Source: Candidatus Aenigmatarchaeota archaeon (GTDB lineage: Archaea; Aenigmatarchaeota; Aenigmatarchaeia; QMZP01; QMZT01). From it: a DNA stretch of 64,000 bases. The position numbers were made by a program, and so were the translations under genes. The notes beneath the pieces were generated by a model. That model was not told the origin of the DNA. It did no database searches and saw nothing but the letters and a program-made list of their open reading frames with translations. Positions 57,957 to 64,000 of the stretch are shown here, in pieces. Within the stretch, counting starts at the first letter, position 1; every line of letters starts with the position of its first letter. The stretch covers positions 1,024,001 to 1,088,000 of the forward strand of contig CAVSBQ010000002.1 in NCBI GenBank assembly GCA_963726265.1, written 5' to 3'.

Positions 57957-58688
57957 ATGGACGCTCCCGCTGAGCCGCAGCAGCCACAGCCCCAGCCGCA
58001 GGCAGCGCCTGCCGCATACGTGGAGCAGGGCCAGAGGGGAATCGGTTTTGTAATCAAGTGCATCTGGCTTTTCGTGCTGGGCGCGATTCTCGCCGTCGTC
58101 GGGCTTCTCTGCCTTCTCTACAGGCCTGACATGGGCGAGATCAATCCTTTCATCATAATGCTAATGGGTCTGTTCTTCACCGCGGCGGGCTCGATATACG
58201 GCAAGCGCAAGATGGCGGGCCAGCCAGTCGTCTCGGACGAGCTCATAGACCCGCAGAAGATGCTCCAGCTGAGGCCGGTTTACGAGGCGCCGCAGCCCCA
58301 GCCATCGCAGCCTCAGCCGCAATATCCGCAGCGCCAGGAATGGCCGCAGGCCTTCCAGCCCGCCAGCCAACCGCAGGCTCCGTCGCAACCGCAGGCACAA
58401 GCGGCGGCTCCCGCGGTTTCAGCCGCTCCGACCCAGCCCACCGAGCAGAAAATAATCAGTATATTCGTGTGCCCGAACTGCGGGGCGGAAAACGAGATGG
58501 GAGACAAATTCTGCTACAAGTGCGGCTTCAAGTTCACCAAGCCAAAAAAGAAGCCCGCGAAGAAGCCGAAGGCGGCCAAGCAAAAAACCAAACCAGCGGC
58601 CAAGATGCCCGCTGCCGCAAAACCGAAAAAGAAGGCGGTAAAAAAAGCAAAGACGTCGAAGGCCCTGAAAGAAGAAACGCCCGCTTAA
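57957..58688 (+). CDS. Membrane protein with zinc ribbon and Lys/Ala/Pro-rich tail
   Basis: 2 TM helices, Q/P linker, CPNCG..FCYKCG, KKPAKKPKAAK tail. Confidence 0.82.
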   Translation: MDAPAEPQQPQPQPQAAPAAYVEQGQRGIGFVIKCIWLFVLGAILAVVGLLCLLYRPDMGEINPFIIMLMGLFFTAAGSIYGKRKMAGQPVVSDELIDPQKMLQLRPVYEAPQPQPSQPQPQYPQRQEWPQAFQPASQPQAPSQPQAQAAAPAVSAAPTQPTEQKIISIFVCPNCGAENEMGDKFCYKCGFKFTKPKKKPAKKPKAAKQKTKPAAKMPAAAKPKKKAVKKAKTSKALKEETPA

Positions 58689-58731
58689 TTTTTCTTGATT
58701 GGTATTCTAGATAAATCAGACTTTGAACAAA

Positions 58732-60267
58732 TCAGGCGATTCTCCATCTGACGCCGTCTTCCTTGTCTTCCAGAATGACGCCCATGCCCTTAAGGCCGGC
58801 GCGTATCTCATCGGAAAGCGCGAACTCCTTTTTCCTGCGCAGCGCCTCCCTGACGTCGATGAAGACGGCCATTATCTTTGAGAAATTGTCTGGGTCGTAT
58901 TCCTTCCCCTTCAGGCGGGCGATGTCTTTTTCGAGCCTTTTTGCGGTTTCGTCATCCTTCGCCTTCAGTAGCTCATGGCTCTCGACGAGCAGGTCAAGCG
59001 CCTTCTCCACCAGCTCTTTGGATACGCCTGCGTCTTTTTTCAGCACGCCGAGCACCCTGTCGAAGCGCTCCATGGCCGCGACGCATTTCGCGGCGTCGTC
59101 CCTGCCTATCTTGCCTGCGTCAATCAGCTTATTGGTTTGCGTCATGAAGTCGAAAATCGCGGGCAGCGCTGCGCTCACTTCCAGGTCGTCGTCCATCGCT
59201 TCTTTGAACTTGCGCTCCGCCCCATGAACCAGCTTTTCAACGTCAGCATTGGTTTTCGTCCCCTTCACTTCTTTCAGCAGGTCGATGAAATTATCGATTT
59301 TCTCGAGCGTCTGCTTGGCCGCCCACAGCGATTCGTCGGTCACGTTGAGCTTGGAGCGGTAGTGCGCCGAAAGCAGCGCATAGCGTATCGCTCTCGGCTC
59401 GTGACCCCTTTTCAGCAAATCGTTCAGGGTCAGGAAGTTGCCCAGCGACTTCGACATCTTCTGCCCCTCGACCATCACGTGCTCGTTGTGCAGCCAGTAG
59501 CGCACGAACTGCTGGCCATACGCCGCCTCGGATTGCGCGATCTCGTTCTCGTGATGCGGGAAGGTGAGGTCGACACCGCCCGTGTGGATGTCGAAAGTTT
59601 TCCCAAGGTATTTCGCCGACATGACCGAGCATTCGATATGCCAGCCGGGGCGACCCTTGCCTATCTCGGTTTCCCAGAACACGTCGCCATCCTCCGGCGT
59701 CCACGCCTTCCACAGGGCGAAGTCTCTGGCTTCGTCCTTCGAATACTCGTCCTGCGCCACGCGCGCGCCTGCCTTAAGGCCGGACAAATCGAGCTTCGAA
59801 AGCTTGCCGTAACCAGCGAATTTCCTTATGTTGAAATACACGGAGCCGTCCGCCCCGCGATATGCGACGCCTTTCTCCAGCAGGAGTTTCACCAGCTCGA
59901 CCATCTCCTTGATGTGCTCGGTCGCGCGGGGATACAATTCGAACTTCTCCACGTTCATCTTTTCGAGGTCGTCGAAAAATATCTTCGTGAACTTCTCCGT
60001 GAATTTCGCCAGCGTCATTCCCTCTTTCTTCGAATTCCTGATGGTCTTGTCGTCGACGTCGGTGATGTTCATTACATGTTTGACAGTGAAGCCGCGGTAT
60101 TTCAGATACCGCCTCAGCAGGTCATAAAAAACGAACGCGCGCAGGTTGCCTATGTGCGGGTAGTCGTAGACGGTCGGGCCGCACGAATACATCCTGACTT
60201 CGCCCTTGTGCAGCGGGAAGAACTCGTCCTTCGAGCGCGTCAGCGTGTTGTAGAACTTGAGGGGCAT
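58732..60267 (-). CDS. cysS: Cysteine--tRNA ligase
   Basis: CGPTVY..HIGN, NITDVDDK, DFALWK, GRPGWHIEC, FPHHENE, KMSKS. Confidence 0.97.
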   Translation of the reverse strand: MPLKFYNTLTRSKDEFFPLHKGEVRMYSCGPTVYDYPHIGNLRAFVFYDLLRRYLKYRGFTVKHVMNITDVDDKTIRNSKKEGMTLAKFTEKFTKIFFDDLEKMNVEKFELYPRATEHIKEMVELVKLLLEKGVAYRGADGSVYFNIRKFAGYGKLSKLDLSGLKAGARVAQDEYSKDEARDFALWKAWTPEDGDVFWETEIGKGRPGWHIECSVMSAKYLGKTFDIHTGGVDLTFPHHENEIAQSEAAYGQQFVRYWLHNEHVMVEGQKMSKSLGNFLTLNDLLKRGHEPRAIRYALLSAHYRSKLNVTDESLWAAKQTLEKIDNFIDLLKEVKGTKTNADVEKLVHGAERKFKEAMDDDLEVSAALPAIFDFMTQTNKLIDAGKIGRDDAAKCVAAMERFDRVLGVLKKDAGVSKELVEKALDLLVESHELLKAKDDETAKRLEKDIARLKGKEYDPDNFSKIMAVFIDVREALRRKKEFALSDEIRAGLKGMGVILEDKEDGVRWRIA

Positions 60268-60384
60268 AAAGACACCATAATATATTATTCTCTTGCCTAG
60301 TTTTTATTAGAAATGTTTAAACAGATGTTTAAACGTCTTCTTTGCTTTATTAGTCCTTTTTTTTTGTATTATAAAAGGGTATCA

Positions 60385-60588
60385 ATGAAAGTTCAGGAGA
60401 TGCGAACAACAATTTACAATAAAGAAGGCAAAAGAACATTTTACTATAAGAAAACACTGACTATCCCGAAAATGTTCTGCCAAATTCTTGCAATAGAAAA
60501 AGGCGAAGACTTGGAACCGAAACTCATCAATTTCAATAAAAATGACTGGAAAATTGAAATCATAAGAAAAGTTAAAAGAAGAGATTGA
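60385..60588 (+). CDS. Small AbrB/SpoVT-like DNA-binding protein
   Basis: TLTIPK...LAIEKGEDL swapped-hairpin pattern; AT-rich. Confidence 0.6.
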   Translation: MKVQEMRTTIYNKEGKRTFYYKKTLTIPKMFCQILAIEKGEDLEPKLINFNKNDWKIEIIRKVKRRD

Positions 60589-60710
60589 TTTTTCCGACTC
60601 ATGTTTCATCTTCAGATTTCATAATATTTTTCTTGGATACCTGATATGATATCTAATTTGTGCCACTAAAAACATCCCATGTAAAAATCATCCTTCCAAT
60701 TCCCATTCGT

Positions 60711-63700
60711 ATGAAAAGCTCTGTAAAACTCTCGATAGCCTTTGTTTTGTCCATTTCCCTTTTGTTCTCGTGCTCGTTGCTTTTGTGGAACGCTGAGGCC
60801 GACTTTTCCTTGCAGAAAGTCAGCCTCGGAAACGATGCAGTTCGAATACAGACAGACCAAGCTACGCCCGTCCCTGTCGTGGACGTCCAGCTGCTCGAGA
60901 ACACCGACCAGTGTCTGGCCGACTGCTACGCAATCCTGAAATTTCATCCCTATCAGGACATGGCCATTCCGCCTCAGACCAATTCGGAATTCGCCTGGAA
61001 TTTCGAGAAGGAAAAACCGTGGATGGACGGCCTCGTCTCTCACCATTTCGAGCTCCTTGAAACAACCGAGTACAAAGTCGATATCCCGGAATACGGTAAA
61101 ACGTTCATCAACACAACATGCTATCACGAGGACAACTCGACCTACGAGTGCGAGGTAGAGCAGACCGTCCAGACAGGCTCGCATCAGGAGACGAGATACA
61201 GGAACGAATACAAGCCGTTCGCCTTCTGGGGCGAAACTCTGAAAGCAAACCAGGACTACACGATAAAGCTCGTGGGCAAGAAGCGTCTCCATTTATTTGT
61301 AACCAATAACATCGACTGGATTCCAACAATAAAGGGACTTGACCTGAACGACTGGGCATGGTGGAATTCTAGCTGGAAATACAAACAGTCAATCAATGTC
61401 AGCATGACATCCAACGTTACTGGCTACCAACTTAAGATAGTTATCAACGAATCAAACAACGGATCACACTGGGACTGGACGAATGAATGCTCCGGGAAGT
61501 TCAGGATAGTGAACAAGGATGAAAATGAGACGCTGCCTTTCTGGATAGAGGAGTGTTCGGTTTCAGGCAAAAATATCACGTTCTGGTTCAACGGCTCTTT
61601 CAACGTCAACAACGGCACGCAGGCATACATTTATTATGGAAATCCCTATGCTTCAAGCGGAAGCAACGGCACCCTGACCTTCCCTTTCTTTGATGACTTC
61701 GAGTACAGCGACAGCCCCTCAAATCATGGCTGGTCTCTCACCAATGCGAGTGGCGGGAACATATCCGTCAATAATTCATTCTACAAAACGGGCTCGCAAT
61801 CGCTTTTGGTAAAAACTAACGGAAATACTCATGCTTTAAACATTTCTTCTGGTTGGGGGAACTCCTCTCTGGAATGCTGGTTCCTCGATAACGGAGACTA
61901 TGATGGCGGATTCACCGAAATAAACGTACTGCAATATGACAACACGACTGATGGGGTATATGTTGGCATAGACGAATCAGAAGTGCACTACAATTATTCA
62001 TACAGATTTTACACTCCCGGGCAACAATACGACACAAAAAAGGCGAGATCTAACGGATGGCATTCTTTGAGGATAACTTACAACGATTCAAGATATTATG
62101 TTTGGGTTGACGATGTTTACTACAATTCCACGGATAAACTCATTGCCCAGCCAACAAGAATAGTTCTTGGGTTTTGGTGGGCAAATCAATACGCCCAAAA
62201 CTGGTTTGATGCGGTGAGGGTAAGAAAATATCTGCCCCAAGAGACTGCATACTCGTTGGGTTTGGAAAACGATGGCTGTCCTTCAGATGACACTTACATA
62301 AACGAAAACACGAAATTCGAGCCAGGTAATATTTTTTGCAACGTACCCGATGGAGATAACGAAGGAGTGCTTATAATAAATGCTTCGAATATTATCTTGG
62401 ATTGCAATGGCATGACATTGAATGGCATGGATTCGGGGATAGGAATATATAATGATGGATTTGATAACGTAACAATAAAAAACTGCAATGTAAATAATTA
62501 TAACAAGGGAATAGAATTTGAAAATAATGCTGACAACAATACTATTTACAGCAATACACTTTATTCCAATATCGATCTGGAATTTTCTTTTTTTGCGATT
62601 CTTGTATCGGGCCGGAGGGAAATAATATAATCAACAATAAAATTGATTCAAATCAATTCGGGTTATACCTTTATCTTTCTTCTAAAAATACTATAGTTGG
62701 TAATAATATAACTAATAGTTCGCATTTTGGAATAATTATAACTGATACTCATTTGAGGAGGTGGAGTATAACAATACAATATCTAACTTGTAGAATCAGA
62801 TCAAAATGTGACATATTGCAATGGCAATTTTTATGAAGCAATTTGTGATGTTTATATAGATAACGCAGCACTGAGATTTTCTTCCTAAATACTACATATA
62901 GTACAGAATATGTTGATGGAAACTCTAATCTCACAAGGCAATGGTACGTGAAAGTCAACGTCACCGACAAGAACATGGTTGGCATCCAAAATTACAGGTT
63001 TCCGCGAAAGACAAGTATGGTAATATTGAATGGACAGAAAACACGTATTCAAACGGGCTGACAGGATGGAAAACAACGACTCAATACATCCACAACCAAA
63101 GCGGAATCTACAATTACACCCCCCACAACATCTCAGCCTCGCATCCGGATTACCCGTCAAACTTCACGGTGCAGAACATCACCGAAAGCAAGGTAATTCA
63201 TCTTCTGCTCAAGCTGCCGTTAATCACGTTCAACGTCACCAGCGGCGAGGACGGCAGCCCGTTGGACAACGTCAACATCGCATGCAACTACACCAGCTTC
63301 AACCAGAGTGACGATACCACGAACCCCTACGGGCCTTATGAGTTTCCAGTTGGAAGCTGGAGTTGTGAGTTTGAGGCAAAGCAACCGCAATTGCCAACAA
63401 ATTACTTTAATGAAACAATAATATTCAACGCAAATGGAGATAAAACTGTAAATGTCGTGATGGACGAACAAGCATATCTTACGGTCCAAGAACATGATTG
63501 GCTTGAAAAACTTTTCAATTGTTTATATCTTGGAACTGGAGATGATTGTTCATCTTTGCAATTTTTTAACCAAATAAATCAGAGCACTACCAAAACATGG
63601 AACCAATTCAAGCGCACGGATCAGAGCATTGTAGCTTCAGAAATAATAACAAATAAAACAGTGAGTGAAAACTCAAACTTGACCATAAATTATTCAGTAA

Positions 63701-64000
63701 ACGTTCCAATCAAGGAAGGCTTCAGTTTCGGTCAAACTTCTGGAGAAGTGAGACTCGATTACCTGCCAATAAGAATATCTTACTGGTTCTTGGATTCGAA
63801 TAATTTGACTTGCTATTCGCAAGGTAACTATTCAGTAGCATTAGCCGAACCCTATTGTCAACCATTAACAGTTTATACCATCGGTCAGGTAAATACGACT
63901 CTTGATTTCACTGTCAGCTTAAGGCCGACTTTGCCTGCAGGAAATTACACCATCATCAGAAATATAGAAATAGATCCTGAACAGGTATGGATAGATTATG
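60711..64000 (+). CDS. Large secreted surface protein (DUF2341, lectin-like, beta-helix); about 5 frameshifts at 62570-63000; runs off the window
   Basis: Signal peptide; WWNSSWKYK, LPFWIE, YIYYGNP, FPFFDDF (DUF2341); IILDCNG NosD-like repeats; continues in other frames (NNIINNKI, LTRQWYVKVNVTD); one frame open from ~62998 to the end. Confidence 0.8.

Noticed and set aside
58230..58450. CAGCC-rich repeats
   Set aside because: Explained by a Gln/Pro low-complexity protein linker.
58975..60300. 441-aa plus-strand ORF
   Set aside because: Antisense shadow of cysS.

Overview
This is a chromosomal segment of an archaeon, most likely a DPANN lineage such as Aenigmarchaeota. The taxonomy is inferred from gene content and style, not from a search. 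The backbone is housekeeping: aspS, asnS, cysS, rnhB, uL16, uS5-uL30-uL15-secY, eL8-eS28-eL24, aEF-1beta, cdc48, Bud32, TtuA with a SAMP/ThiS protein, guaAb, thiL and MC1. There are five tRNA genes; three carry introns and two of those carry two. Other modules are a non-oxidative pentose-phosphate/sugar-nucleotide cluster, a run of five pilin-like genes, a GIDE-LemA pair and large secreted beta-helix proteins at both ends. The most notable locus is a partial group 4 membrane-bound [NiFe]-hydrogenase unit (large subunit, NuoH-like, NuoI-like, HycI protease) with no small subunit or antiporter in the window, behind an array of palindromic sites. About 14 AT-richer orphan genes sit singly between core genes, and a conserved 28-bp motif precedes two secreted-protein genes. 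Four genes are frameshifted, most likely by assembly indels. No CRISPR array, rRNA, integrase or transposase was seen.
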